Position numbers and translations under genes: made by a program | The notes under the pieces: generated by a model | What the model saw: the letters and a program-made list of their open reading frames with translations, nothing else | Databases searched by the model: none | What the model was told of the DNA's origin: nothing | Assembly: GCA_965218885.1 (NCBI GenBank) | Contig: OZ244713.1 | Location: 3,030,625 to 3,094,624 of the forward strand | Direction of reading: 5' to 3' | DNA length: 64,000 nucleotides | Origin: a bacterium | Lineage (GTDB): Bacteria > UBA8248 | Shown: positions 10,022 through 21,575 of the stretch, in pieces | How positions within the stretch are numbered: the first letter of the stretch is position 1 | Layout of the letters: each line of letters begins with the position of its first letter

Positions 10022-11245
10022 TTAGTGCTTGTCCGTGAGACAGGCCAGGCCGGGGAGTTCTTTCCCCTCGAGCAGTTCCAGGAAGGCGCCGCCGCCCGTG
10101 CTGATGTATGAGATGCGGCGCGATTCCCCCGCCGCGTGAACGGCCACGTCCGTATCGCCGCCGCCCACTATCGTCAGCGCGTAGGAATTCGCCACGTGGT
10201 TCACCATGGCGTAGGTGCCGCGCGAGAAGGCATCCACCTCGAACACGCCCATCGGACCGTTCCAGATGATGGTTTTCGCGTCCTGGAGCACCTCGCCGAA
10301 CAAAGTGGTGCTCGCGGGTCCGATGTCGAGCGCATACCAGTCCTCGGGCACTTCCTGCGCGGGCACCACCTTGGTTTCGGCCGAGGCCTCGAACTTGTCC
10401 GCGATCACGTAGTCGCTGGGAAGGTAGAACTTCACCTCCAACTCCTGCGCCTTGTTCATGATCGAGCGCGCCGTGTCCACCATGTGCTCTTCGACCAGGC
10501 TGTTTCCCATCTCGTAGCCCAGCGCGCGGTGGAAGGTGCCCGCCATGCCGCCTCCGATGATGATCTTGTCCATTTTCGGGAGTATGCGCTCGACGATGCC
10601 GATTTTCGCGCTCGCCTTCGCGCCGCCGAGAATCGCCACCACGGGGCGCATCGGGTTGTTCACCGCGCCGCTCAGGTAGCTCACTTCCTTGATCATCAGA
10701 AAACCGGCGCCGGCGGGATTCAGGAACTTCGTGATCGCCGACATCGAGGCATGGTCGCGGTGGGCGTTGCCGAACGCATCGCCGATGTAGATGTCGGCCA
10801 GGGAGGCGAGCTTTTGGGCGAATTTATCGTCGTTTTTCTCCTCTCCCGGATGAAACCTGAGATTCTCCAGCAGGAGAACCTGCCCCGGTTTCATCTCCTC
10901 CGCCATGCTCCTGGTCTCTGCTCCCGTGCAATCGGGCGTCAGGGGGCAATCCTTTTCCAGAAGCCGGGAGAGGCGTTTGCCGACCGGGGCGAGGGAGCTT
11001 TTCGCTTCGAACCTTCCCTTGGGCTGACCGAGATGGGAGCCGATGACGACCTGCGCTCCCTCATCCAGGAGATAGTTGATGGTGGGCAGGGCCGCCCGGA
11101 TGCGGGCGTCGTCGGTAATGTGTCCCTGGTCATCGAGTGGCACGTTGAAATCGACGCGCAGGAAAACCCGTTTGCCCGCGACGTCGATGTCCTCCACGCC
11201 GAGTTTCGGGTCGCCGTTTTCAATGTTGCTCGTGATTGTCCCCAT
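10022..11245 (-). CDS. pgk: Phosphoglycerate kinase
   Basis: RVDFNVP, LLENLRFH, WNGPMGVFE, STGGGA. Confidence 0.97.
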   Translation of the reverse strand: MGTITSNIENGDPKLGVEDIDVAGKRVFLRVDFNVPLDDQGHITDDARIRAALPTINYLLDEGAQVVIGSHLGQPKGRFEAKSSLAPVGKRLSRLLEKDCPLTPDCTGAETRSMAEEMKPGQVLLLENLRFHPGEEKNDDKFAQKLASLADIYIGDAFGNAHRDHASMSAITKFLNPAGAGFLMIKEVSYLSGAVNNPMRPVVAILGGAKASAKIGIVERILPKMDKIIIGGGMAGTFHRALGYEMGNSLVEEHMVDTARSIMNKAQELEVKFYLPSDYVIADKFEASAETKVVPAQEVPEDWYALDIGPASTTLFGEVLQDAKTIIWNGPMGVFEVDAFSRGTYAMVNHVANSYALTIVGGGDTDVAVHAAGESRRISYISTGGGAFLELLEGKELPGLACLTDKH

Positions 11246-11259
11246 TGCTTCCAAGCCTC

Positions 11260-12291
<1,032 letters not shown>

Positions 12292-12452
12292 TTAGGGGAT
12301 ATGAAAAATTGTTTCGTTCCGGCTTTACGGGCGTTCATCGACTCCTGCGGGGTCGGATTCTACCCGATACGATGGGCGGCTCCAAGTGCGCCCGGAGGTT
12401 TTTTCCTCCCTCGTGTCCTGTAATGCGCCCTGGAGGCGAGAAAAGCCGAAAA

Positions 12453-14171
12453 TTATTTTTTTCTTCTTCGTTTTCGGGTCGCATCCTCATCAATTTCAAA
12501 GCCCGGCGCTTTTCCCAGAACCACGCCGTAGGTGGATTCCGCCGCCTTAGGGGAGACGAAGCCGCGCAAAACGTCGGCCCGCACGTCCTCGGGGTCGCGC
12601 TCCCTGGGGTCGCCCCATCCGCCGCCGCCGGGGGTGGAGACGCGAATCGCATCGCCGCTCGCAAACGCCGTGGACGCGCCGACCGCGGGCGCCTGCGCGC
12701 TCTTTTTGCCGGAGCGGTGGCGAATCTCATAGGGTTTTCCGGCGGATGCGCCCGCGCCGCCCGAAGGGCCCGCCTCCGCGCTTCCCGCCGCGCTCGCCGA
12801 TACGCCGTCGATGAGCATGCGGTATTCTCGAAAAACGCCCAAGCCGCCGCGCCGCGCGCCCGCGCCGCCCGAATCCTGCGCCAGCCCCATCGACTCGACC
12901 CGCACCGGATAACGCGCCTCCATCACCTCGACGGGCATGCCGCCGGTCGCGCCGAGCGGGGGAACGGCGGATGCCCCGTCCCCCTCCATGTGCGCGCCCG
13001 CGCCTGCGCCCAGGGCTTCTCTCAGCAGGTGGAAGCCGCCTTTTTCGTCATGCCCCCAGAAGCTGAGCGTCCTCAGGTTGTCGAAGCCGGTGGGCGTGCG
13101 CCCGCCCGATGCCTCGAAGAGCGCCTCGCCGAACGCCGAGAGCAGCTTTCCGAGAGTGAGCGCCCTGAGACCCGTCGGCGCCGGGAAGCGGGGGGTGAGT
13201 ATGGTGCCGGGTTCGGGCAACTGAACCTGGAACGCCCGCAAGGCCCCATCGTTCAAGGGAGTCTCACTCATGCCGTCCTGAAGATGGAGCAGCATGGGGG
13301 AGAGGAGTCGGGTCAGGAACTGCGCTCCTTCACCTTCTAATGGACAGTTGATGGGCCCGCGCGCCTGGGGGGCTGCGTCTAGTCCGATATGCAGAGAATC
13401 TTTGCGCCGCGTGAGCGTGAGCGTGAGTTCATGGGGGCCGTTTATGCCGTCCGATTCCACGGCGGTGCGGGCCGTCCAGCTTTTTTCGGGAATCTGCGGG
13501 ATGAGCTGGCCGCGAAACGCGCGTTCGCATTCTCTGAGCAAATCGGCGAAACACGCCGAGAGGTTCTCCGCCCCGTATCTTCTGGTCAAATCCTGGAGTC
13601 GCGCAGCGCCGATGCGGAGCGCGCCGAGTTGCGCGTCGATGTCATCGCCCAACAGATGGCCCTGGCGGCTGTTCCGCAGGAGCAGGGTCTTGATGTCCTG
13701 AACAACCTCATCCCCACAGGCGATGCGCACCGGCGGAATGAGGACTCCCTCGTGATAGCTCTCGCGCGAGCCGACGCTTGCCCCGCCGGGCAGCGCGCCG
13801 CCCAGGTCGTCATGGCGTCCCCTGATTTGTAAAAAGGCGATGAGCGCGCCCTCTGCGAACAGGGGGCGGGTAAGGCACAACTCGGAAGCCTCGCCCAGGC
13901 CCGTCGGCGGCATGTAGGGGTCGTTGTGGAGAAAAACGTCGCCATCATTCATCTCGGGATACGCGCGGATGATGGGCGCGGGGCCGGTGGCCAGCACCCG
14001 CCCGGTGAGCGCGCGACCGAAGCGGTCGAACAGGCAGACCGAGAAATCACCCGCGTCGCGCAGCGAGGGGCTGCGCCAGATGCGCGCGAGAAGTTCCTCG
14101 ACCTCTTCTTCGACCGCGCGCAGGGCGCCTGCCAGAATTTCGCTCACAATCGGGTTCGCATTCATTTCCAC
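12453..14171 (-). CDS. Hydantoinase B/oxoprolinase family subunit (divergent)
   Basis: DFSVCLFD, HNDPY, EGVLIPP, DSGGAGARRGG, TPGGGGWGDP. Confidence 0.88.
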   Translation of the reverse strand: MEMNANPIVSEILAGALRAVEEEVEELLARIWRSPSLRDAGDFSVCLFDRFGRALTGRVLATGPAPIIRAYPEMNDGDVFLHNDPYMPPTGLGEASELCLTRPLFAEGALIAFLQIRGRHDDLGGALPGGASVGSRESYHEGVLIPPVRIACGDEVVQDIKTLLLRNSRQGHLLGDDIDAQLGALRIGAARLQDLTRRYGAENLSACFADLLRECERAFRGQLIPQIPEKSWTARTAVESDGINGPHELTLTLTRRKDSLHIGLDAAPQARGPINCPLEGEGAQFLTRLLSPMLLHLQDGMSETPLNDGALRAFQVQLPEPGTILTPRFPAPTGLRALTLGKLLSAFGEALFEASGGRTPTGFDNLRTLSFWGHDEKGGFHLLREALGAGAGAHMEGDGASAVPPLGATGGMPVEVMEARYPVRVESMGLAQDSGGAGARRGGLGVFREYRMLIDGVSASAAGSAEAGPSGGAGASAGKPYEIRHRSGKKSAQAPAVGASTAFASGDAIRVSTPGGGGWGDPRERDPEDVRADVLRGFVSPKAAESTYGVVLGKAPGFEIDEDATRKRRRKK

Positions 14172-16309
14172 GCCGCTCCCACGCCGTGATCGCCCGTCGG
14201 CCTGCCTGCGCGCTCGTCGCGCTCGAAGACGTCCGGGCGAAAGCGCATCACCAGATTCCCGTATCTGTCCACCCGTGCTTCCTGCCTGGGGAAGATCGCC
14301 GTGGTGCTGCCGAAGCTCTCCACGACCGCCGGTCCGGGAATGTAGTTACCCTCCAGCAATCTCTCCCGGTAGTAGACCGGCGTATCGTGAAATCCGCCCA
14401 GTTCCTTGAACCAGACGAGGCGCGCGCCCTTATAAGCCTCCTCGGGGTTGTCATCCCCTGCAGGAATCAGGGGCAGGTTCGGCGGCTCCGTCATGCCGAC
14501 GCCCGTGACGCGCAGATGCACGATTTCAACCGGGCGGCTTCCCTTATGGTTATAGGTGTAGCGGCGCTGGTAGAGCATGTGGAAGCGCTCGAAAACTTCC
14601 GCCAGAACCGGCGGGGTGAGGTAGCCCCCGGGCACGTCGACTTCGATCTCGGTGGCCTCTCCCTGATAGCGCATCTCGGCGGCCCTTCGCATCATCCGCC
14701 GGTGGGCAGGGATGCCCTCGTTTACGAGGCCCGCCGCCGCCTGGGCTTCGAGTTTTTCATACGCATCGCCCAGGGCTTCCAGGTGGACGTTCTCTTCCGA
14801 TTGATAATGCGCCGCCGCGTGGTCGTTCACCAGGTCGACGACCTCCAGCCCGAAGGCGCTCGTCATGCCCGCAAAGGGCGGCACGATGACGGTGTCGATT
14901 TCGAGCAGTTCGGCCACGAGGCCGGCCGTCAGGGGGCCTGAGCCGCCGAAGGCCATCAGGGCGAAATTTTTGGGAGAAATGCCCCTTTGCACCGTCGCGC
15001 GCCGCACGGCGTGGGTCTGGTTCCAGGCGGCGATTTCGACTACGCCCGAGGCCATTTCGTGGGGGTTCATGTCGAACCCGCGCGCAAGCCGGCGCATGGC
15101 CTTCATGGCGAGCGCCTTGTTGAGTTTCACCTCGCCGCCCGCCAGATGGAGCGGGCTGCGGGCGAGAAGCAGGTTCGCGTCGGTGAGGGTGGGCTCCTCC
15201 CCCCCCTTTCCGTAGCAGATGGGGCCCGGGTCCGCGCCCGCGCTCCTGGGGCCCACGCGGAGCCTCCCCTCGGGGCTTCGCCAGGCGATGGAGCCGCCCC
15301 CCGTGCCGATGGTGACGACGTCGATCATCGGCATCCTCAAGAGAAACTCATCGAGTTGGTGCCGGGTGGCGCGCTTGGCCTCACCGCCCTCGATGACGGC
15401 GATGTCCGTAGAAGTGCCGCCCCCGTCCAGGGTGATGAGCTGCTCATGGCCCGAGAGTTTTCCCAGATAGGCGGCGGAAAGCGCGCCTGCGGCAGGTCCC
15501 GATAACACGGTGCCTATCGGCCTTTTGGCGATTTCGCGCGCTGTGGAGACCCCGCCGTTGCTCTTCATGACCATAAAGGGCGCGCCGCCGAGCGTTTCTT
15601 CGATTTTCTTTGAGGCGCTCTCGATATAATCCTTGATGCGCGGCTTGATGCACGCATCGAGCAGGGTGGTGATGGCGCGCTCGTACTCGCCGGGTTCGGG
15701 GATCACCTCGCTCGATATGCTCACGAAGCATTCCGGGTATTCGCGCTCGAAGGCCCCTAAAATGAGTTGCTCGTGCGCCGGGTTCGCGTAAGCGTGCAGC
15801 AGGCAGACGCCCACGGAGCCGATCGCTTGGGTCTTGAACCATTTGGCGAGCTTGAGGGCGTCCTGTTCACCCATGGGTTCGAGAACTTCGCCCGATGCGG
15901 AGATTCTCTCTTTCGCCTCCCGGATCCGCTCGGGCGAAACCAGCGCGTCGCGGGGCTTTGCGAGCAGTGAGGCGGCGTAGTGGGCTTTCGCCTTGCCGTT
16001 CGCCCCTCCGATTTCGAGCAGATGGCGGAACCCGCCCGTGACGATAAATCCCAGATCCTCGAAGCGGCGCTCGAGAATCGCGTTCGTCGCCACCGTCGTG
16101 CCGTGGAACACGCCGTTCACCATAGCGGGGCGAATCTTGGTTTCAGACAGAATTTTCTTGATGCCCTGGATCAAACCCTCGCTGAAGTCGGCGGGCGTCG
16201 TCGGCGTCTTGGTGGTGAAGACCTCGCCGGAGTCGGAGCGCACGCCGACCACGTCGGTGAACGTGCCGCCCGTATCGATGCCGATGCGAAGCCCGCGTTT
16301 GGTTGTCAT
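14162..16309 (-). CDS. Hydantoinase A/oxoprolinase family subunit
   Basis: IDTGGTFTD, HGTTVATN, SGPAAG, DGGGTSTD, SAGADPGP. Confidence 0.93.
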   Translation of the reverse strand: MTTKRGLRIGIDTGGTFTDVVGVRSDSGEVFTTKTPTTPADFSEGLIQGIKKILSETKIRPAMVNGVFHGTTVATNAILERRFEDLGFIVTGGFRHLLEIGGANGKAKAHYAASLLAKPRDALVSPERIREAKERISASGEVLEPMGEQDALKLAKWFKTQAIGSVGVCLLHAYANPAHEQLILGAFEREYPECFVSISSEVIPEPGEYERAITTLLDACIKPRIKDYIESASKKIEETLGGAPFMVMKSNGGVSTAREIAKRPIGTVLSGPAAGALSAAYLGKLSGHEQLITLDGGGTSTDIAVIEGGEAKRATRHQLDEFLLRMPMIDVVTIGTGGGSIAWRSPEGRLRVGPRSAGADPGPICYGKGGEEPTLTDANLLLARSPLHLAGGEVKLNKALAMKAMRRLARGFDMNPHEMASGVVEIAAWNQTHAVRRATVQRGISPKNFALMAFGGSGPLTAGLVAELLEIDTVIVPPFAGMTSAFGLEVVDLVNDHAAAHYQSEENVHLEALGDAYEKLEAQAAAGLVNEGIPAHRRMMRRAAEMRYQGEATEIEVDVPGGYLTPPVLAEVFERFHMLYQRRYTYNHKGSRPVEIVHLRVTGVGMTEPPNLPLIPAGDDNPEEAYKGARLVWFKELGGFHDTPVYYRERLLEGNYIPGPAVVESFGSTTAIFPRQEARVDRYGNLVMRFRPDVFERDERAGRPTGDHGVGAAWK

Positions 16310-16326
16310 GGCTTAAGGGTTCCCAC

Positions 16327-16752
16327 CTAGCGGGTGAACAGGAACGCGGCCAGAGCGGCGCAGAGAAGTCCGCCCACCTTGGCGGGTGAGAACCCCTCGC
16401 CCAGAAAAAGCGCCGCCAGCACCGCCGTAATGCCCGGATAAAGCGCGGAAAGCGCCACCACGCCCGCCGTCTGGCCCTCGGCCTTCGACAGGGCCAGCAC
16501 CAAAAAGAGCATGGCCAGCAGGGTGGCCAGCGTGGCGACCACGGGCAGCCACATGATGTCCGCGCGCATCGGCGGCAAGGGGAACTGCCTGCTCGCCACG
16601 GCGATGACGACGACGACCGCGGTGGTCACGCCCATTCCCATCAGGTGGGGCATGGCGCCCAGGCGTTCCTGGCCCAGCTTCATGAAGAATCCCCAGACGC
16701 CGAAACACAAGACGGCGAGAAGGGTGAGGCTCAAGGCGGTCGTATTCATCAT
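16327..16752 (-). CDS. EamA family small transporter
   Basis: About five hydrophobic helices; LSALYP and FLGE motifs. Confidence 0.8.
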   Translation of the reverse strand: MMNTTALSLTLLAVLCFGVWGFFMKLGQERLGAMPHLMGMGVTTAVVVVIAVASRQFPLPPMRADIMWLPVVATLATLLAMLFLVLALSKAEGQTAGVVALSALYPGITAVLAALFLGEGFSPAKVGGLLCAALAAFLFTR

Positions 16753-17096
16753 CGGCTCCCAAGAAATGTTTTCCGCTCGCGGCGGGCCGCATCCACCAAG
16801 AAGGGCGGTTCTCCGGCCAACTCGCCGCAAAGCGGCTTTATACAGCAAGATAGAGACGAGGAAAAGATGAGGATTTCCTGATTTTGTGAAAAATGCGGCG
16901 AAAGAAAGCACCGGCCTCTCAGTGCGGCCCCGGGTTCGCACGGCGGGGCAGGTAGGTGCTTCGCGTTTCCCCTTTGTTTTGCTAGATTTCCGACTGCGAG
17001 TGTGAGGGGTGTTCCCTCATGTGTTAAGAAGGCGGGAGCATCCGCCGCCTGATCTCTGAACCGATGAATTTTCCACCAAGCACTATAGGTGATTCC

Positions 17097-17954
17097 ATGC
17101 AGATCACGCCGCACGTGCATTGCCTCTGGCTGGAATTCGAGATCAAAACGCCCTCGGGCGAGCGGATTCCGAGATTCGTCACGTCCTATATTCTCACAGG
17201 CGATACGCTCACCATAATCGATACGGGCGTCGCCTCCACTGCATCCGACATATTCGCCTACGTCGAATCCATCGGCAGAAAGCCGGATGAAATTGCGCAC
17301 GTCCTGCTCACGCATTCTCATTTCGATCACATCGGCGGCAACGGCCTGATTGCGACGCGGGCGGGGCCGAAGTTCTTTGGACCCGAAGCGGAGAGGCGGA
17401 TGATAGAAGACCTTGATTTCCAGCACAGCGTTCGTTCGGTGGGAAGAATGCGCAATGCGGTATCGGGCCCCGTGAAGCTCGCCGGTTTTCTCGCAGAAGG
17501 CGATGAGATATCACCGGGCGGCGTCGCCGTCCGGGTGATTCATACGCCCGGGCATTCTGCGGGAAGCCTCTCGTTTTTCATCCCTGAGGACGGCGCGCTC
17601 ATCTGCGGAGACGTGCTGCCCGAACCCGGCACGCTGCCGATTTATGAGAGCGTGGCGGACACGTTGCGGAGCCTTAAGAAGCTGAAAGGCCTCCAGGGGG
17701 TGAACGTCCTGCTCTCCGCCATGAGCCGGGCCGTCTCGCGAGATGAGGCGGTTTTGGCCCACATCGATAGTGGGCAGAATTATCTCAAAGAGATCGATGG
17801 GCTGGTGCAGGAGGTTTTATCTCAAAAAGGCGGCGACGTTTCACCCCAAGAGGCGGCTGAGTTCGTTTTCGAGCGTTTGGGTCTCCCGCGCGCCGGCCTG
17901 ATTCCCGTCGTCTTGCGCAGTATGAAGGCCCATCTCGATGCGGGGCCGATTTGA
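17097..17954 (+). CDS. MBL-fold metallo-hydrolase
   Basis: THSHFDHIGG, TPGHSAG, GD. Confidence 0.9.
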   Translation: MQITPHVHCLWLEFEIKTPSGERIPRFVTSYILTGDTLTIIDTGVASTASDIFAYVESIGRKPDEIAHVLLTHSHFDHIGGNGLIATRAGPKFFGPEAERRMIEDLDFQHSVRSVGRMRNAVSGPVKLAGFLAEGDEISPGGVAVRVIHTPGHSAGSLSFFIPEDGALICGDVLPEPGTLPIYESVADTLRSLKKLKGLQGVNVLLSAMSRAVSRDEAVLAHIDSGQNYLKEIDGLVQEVLSQKGGDVSPQEAAEFVFERLGLPRAGLIPVVLRSMKAHLDAGPI

Positions 17955-19290
17955 TACGAAGAGATTTCTTCCGACCATTTGCGATACGAGGAGCTTCGGT
18001 TTGAGCCTGCATCTGTATGCTAAAAGTTTTGAAGCGCCGCTCGGGGATAGGGGAAAAGACGACCTCTGGCGCGAGAAAAAAGATTTTTTGGACAACCCCG
18101 CGCAATGCGCCGAGTTGATAGCGCAATATCAGGCGGGGCCGGGAGAGCCCTGGTTCGCCACCGAGCGCGCAGACGTTGCGGGCATGACGGCGAAACTCGG
18201 GGCGGCGGAGGGCAAGGAGCACGTCGTCGTGGTCGGAAACGGGGGGTCGATACGAAACGTCTGGGCGCTCTATCTGGCGTTTTTCGAGCGGGGATTTTCC
18301 AGAAAACTGCATTTGCTCGACGGTACGGACATGAGTGGCTTGTTGGGAGAACTTCTTCGGGGAGACGGCGCGTTCAGCCCCGAGAACACGCTCGTGGTTC
18401 CGGTGAGCAAATCCGGGAACACGGAAAACGTGATTCAGGAAACCGCCCTCCTGATGGAGCGCGGCTATCCGGTTTTGGCGATTACCTCCTCGGGACCGAG
18501 CAAACTGTCCGAGATGGTCGCCGCAGCGAATCTCGACACGTTTCCACATCCCGATGAGGTGGGCGGGCGCTTCACCGCCGCGCAGAACAACGCGCTCCTG
18601 CCCCTGGCGATGCTACACGGGAATACGGCGCTGGCGGGGGAGATAGATGCCGCCTTCGCCGCCGCTCACCAAAAGCTCAGGTCCGCCGCGCCCCTAAGCG
18701 AGAACATGGCGAAACACCTGGCGCTCGAACTCTGGCGGGCGGAGAACGCCGGTTACACGGAGGTCTTCATGCCGATTTACGCCCATGCGCTCTCCGGCGT
18801 GGGTGAACTCATCGTGCAGCTCGTTCATGAGAGCTACTGCAAGGGCGGGCGCGGGCAGACGATTCTCTGGGCGGGCGCGCCCGAGAGCCAGCACCATACG
18901 AACCAGAGATATTTCGGCGGCCGTGAGAACATCGTGGGCTTATCGCTTTGCATCGGGAGTTTTCGGGAGGATACACGCCTGGCGGGCGGGGTGAGTTGCA
19001 CGGAATTTTTACAGATGGAGCACGCGGGCGTCGTGGCGGAAGCCGAAAGCAGGGGAACGCCCCACATGGCGCTCACCCTCGATTCCCTGGCCGTGGCGGA
19101 GGTGTGCGGCCTCATCGCGTTCTGGCAGTGGGCGGCGGTGTACGGCGGCCTGCTGCGCGGGGTGAACCCTTTCGATCAGCCCGCTGTGGAGGGAAGCAAG
19201 CAGGCCACGCTCGCGATGTTCGAGAGTTTCGGGGACGAGACGAAGCGGTATTTGGGCCGGTTTGTGCGGGATTCGGGGTATTCGTTGTAG
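17938..19290 (+). CDS. pgi: Glucose-6-phosphate isomerase (divergent SIS family)
   Basis: GNGGS, SKSGNTE, VGGRF, ESYCK, QH, NPFDQPAVEGSK. Confidence 0.75.
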   Translation: MRGRFDTKRFLPTICDTRSFGLSLHLYAKSFEAPLGDRGKDDLWREKKDFLDNPAQCAELIAQYQAGPGEPWFATERADVAGMTAKLGAAEGKEHVVVVGNGGSIRNVWALYLAFFERGFSRKLHLLDGTDMSGLLGELLRGDGAFSPENTLVVPVSKSGNTENVIQETALLMERGYPVLAITSSGPSKLSEMVAAANLDTFPHPDEVGGRFTAAQNNALLPLAMLHGNTALAGEIDAAFAAAHQKLRSAAPLSENMAKHLALELWRAENAGYTEVFMPIYAHALSGVGELIVQLVHESYCKGGRGQTILWAGAPESQHHTNQRYFGGRENIVGLSLCIGSFREDTRLAGGVSCTEFLQMEHAGVVAEAESRGTPHMALTLDSLAVAEVCGLIAFWQWAAVYGGLLRGVNPFDQPAVEGSKQATLAMFESFGDETKRYLGRFVRDSGYSL

Positions 19291-19340
19291 AGGCCGTGGC
19301 AGGATAATAATACCGTCCGCACTGCAAGCATGAGATTTTT

Positions 19341-19534
19341 TCACTCCCCCCTTGAGGGGGAGTCGGTGAGGTAAGGGCGAAGCCCGCAAGCGAACCGGTG
19401 GGGGGTTAATTCCGACTGAAGAAGGAGGAATTGCTGAAATCACCCCCCACCGCATCAACCTTCGCCCCCAAGGGCTCGGTTTCTGCGACAACTCCTCCTT
19501 CATCAGTCGAAGTTGACCCTCAAGGGGGGAGTGA
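19341..19534. repeat. Palindromic REP/MITE-like element (family A: TCACTCCCCCCTTGAGGGGGAGTC...CCTCAAGGGGGGAGTGA)
   Basis: Inverted termini between convergent genes; related copies at 25560 and 29514. Confidence 0.85.
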
Positions 19535-19600
19535 GTCACTTTCTCGATCGGCAATCCTCCGCACTAGAATGACGAGCCAGAACCTTACGCGCTTTTATCA

Positions 19601-20548
19601 TCAACCCGATTCCGCCTCACGCTTCGGGGCCTTGAGCGGAAGGCCGAGCACGCGGGCCGGGTTTTTGTGCAGCATCGTCTCTATCTCGCGGGGTTTGATG
19701 CCGTTTTCCAGCATGAGCTGAACGAACACGCGCAGGCCCTCCCAGGGGGGCGCGTTGTGCAGTTGCCCGAGATCGGTGGACATAATCGTGCGCGCGGGGC
19801 CTACCGCCTTCACCATCTTCGCCTGCTCCTTGACGGAGATGGGCGGGGCGTTCTTATCCGTGGGGTACGCGCCCCAGTGGGTGAAGCAGAAGATCGCCAG
19901 ATGCTCGATGTAGGCCCCCATCTTTGCGAATTCCACCTGCTCTTCAATGGATGCGTCCACGATGTATTCAGGGTGCTGCACGATGATGTGTTTCACCCCC
20001 TCTTCTTTCGCCAGGGGGATTAAGGCGCGCACCTCCTCCACGCTCAGGTGTCCCGTGCTCAGGCAGATTCCCGCATCGCCGATGAGCTTGCAGATGGTTC
20101 TGACTTCCGCGTGTATTTTCGTGCGTTTCTCATCGGAGAAGATGGTGAGTCCCTTCTCTTCGAGCTTCACGCCTTGCACCTGCTTCATGCCCGGGAAGTG
20201 CGGCGCTCCCAGTTTTTCCAAGTGGTTCAGCGCGTTGATGGTGGGCATCCACACTATTTTCGCCCCCATTTTGATGGCGGTGTCCACCGCGAAGGGGTTG
20301 AAACCGCCCACCGGGCTGTTGAGCGTAATGCCCCCGTAGATTTCGATGGCGTCGCCCATCACCTCGCGCACGATGGGGATGCGGCCCGACGTATCGCCGT
20401 GATGAATCTTGAACACCACGCCGCGCATTCCCACAGAAGCCGCGCCGCGCGCGCACTCGATGTGGTCGCAGACGCGCGGGAACAGGCTGGGCGATGCGTG
20501 GATGTGGGTGTCGATTGCGCCGTGCAGCAGCCTCTGGTCTTCTCTCAT
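19601..20548 (-). CDS. Amidohydrolase-fold protein (DUF6282-like)
   Basis: IDTHIH, KIHH, WMPT, TGHLS, STDLGQ. Confidence 0.8.
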   Translation of the reverse strand: MREDQRLLHGAIDTHIHASPSLFPRVCDHIECARGAASVGMRGVVFKIHHGDTSGRIPIVREVMGDAIEIYGGITLNSPVGGFNPFAVDTAIKMGAKIVWMPTINALNHLEKLGAPHFPGMKQVQGVKLEEKGLTIFSDEKRTKIHAEVRTICKLIGDAGICLSTGHLSVEEVRALIPLAKEEGVKHIIVQHPEYIVDASIEEQVEFAKMGAYIEHLAIFCFTHWGAYPTDKNAPPISVKEQAKMVKAVGPARTIMSTDLGQLHNAPPWEGLRVFVQLMLENGIKPREIETMLHKNPARVLGLPLKAPKREAESG

Positions 20549-20743
20549 GTACGTGCTCTCCGGGGTTTATGTGGTATCGGACATGCCAAGGCTACAGAAT
20601 CGCCGCCCTTCGGGCAACGCGACTCCCTCTTTCACCCCACCCGGCGTTGCGGCTATAGTGTCCGCCGTCCAAGCTGGGGCGAACGAGCACGGTAAGGCGA
20701 TAAAAATTTTAATGAAACGATCTCGTAAGAGGAGCAGTGCAGG

Positions 20744-21553
20744 ATGAAAATCGGTTATGTGGTTGCAACGCCCGACGTGACGACGCCGCTCATGCCCGCG
20801 GTGCGCGGCGCGTTTAGAGACAATCTCACGTTTTTGGCGGATTTGGGCTTTGACGGCGTGGAACTCGCTATTCGCGACACCGGCGCTTTCGATAAGGACG
20901 AACTGCGCCGCACGCTCGATGAATCGGGACTGGAAGTCTCTCTCATCGGCACGGCGCCGATTTCCTATCAGGACGAGATCGAACTCTGCCACCCCGACGC
21001 GGATGCGCGCGTACAGGCTTTAGAGCGGCTGTTCGGCCACATCGATTTCGCGGGTGAGTTGGGTTGTCCGGTGAACATCGGCCGTTTCCGGGGGAATCTG
21101 CTGGAAGACGAGAGGAGGACGGAGTCCGAAGCCTGGATGTGGGATTCGCTCCGTGCGGGCGGGGACAGGGCGGGTGCGCGCGGCATCAAAATGCTCTTCG
21201 AGCCGCACCACCGCTTCAACACGAACTTCGTGCGCTCGACCCAAGATGGACTCGCGTTTCTTGATGAAATGAACCACGAGGCGGTGGGTTTTCTGATCGA
21301 CAGCTTTCACATGAACATCGAGGACGCCTCCTTCGCGGGCTCGATTCGCGAGGCGGGCGCGCGAATCGATTACTTCCACATCGCAGACAATACGCGCACA
21401 TACCCGGGTTCGGGCCATATTCCCTTTGGTGAGATTATCGCCGCGCTAAAAGAGGTGGGCTATGGGGGCTATCTTTCCGCCCAGCTCGCCCAGAAGCCCG
21501 ACTTCGAGACGGCGGCGACCAGAACGATGGAATATCTCAGGGCGCGCCTGTGA
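20744..21553 (+). CDS. Sugar phosphate isomerase/epimerase (TIM barrel)
   Basis: GFDGVEL, EP, DSFHMNIE, HIADNTR, PGSGH. Confidence 0.88.
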   Translation: MKIGYVVATPDVTTPLMPAVRGAFRDNLTFLADLGFDGVELAIRDTGAFDKDELRRTLDESGLEVSLIGTAPISYQDEIELCHPDADARVQALERLFGHIDFAGELGCPVNIGRFRGNLLEDERRTESEAWMWDSLRAGGDRAGARGIKMLFEPHHRFNTNFVRSTQDGLAFLDEMNHEAVGFLIDSFHMNIEDASFAGSIREAGARIDYFHIADNTRTYPGSGHIPFGEIIAALKEVGYGGYLSAQLAQKPDFETAATRTMEYLRARL

Positions 21554-21575
21554 TTCGGGCTGTATTGGAGGTGAG

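Noticed and set aside
16905-16962. GC-rich stem-loop as SRP RNA or riboswitch
   Set aside because: Lacks the SRP core motif and any riboswitch signature I recognise
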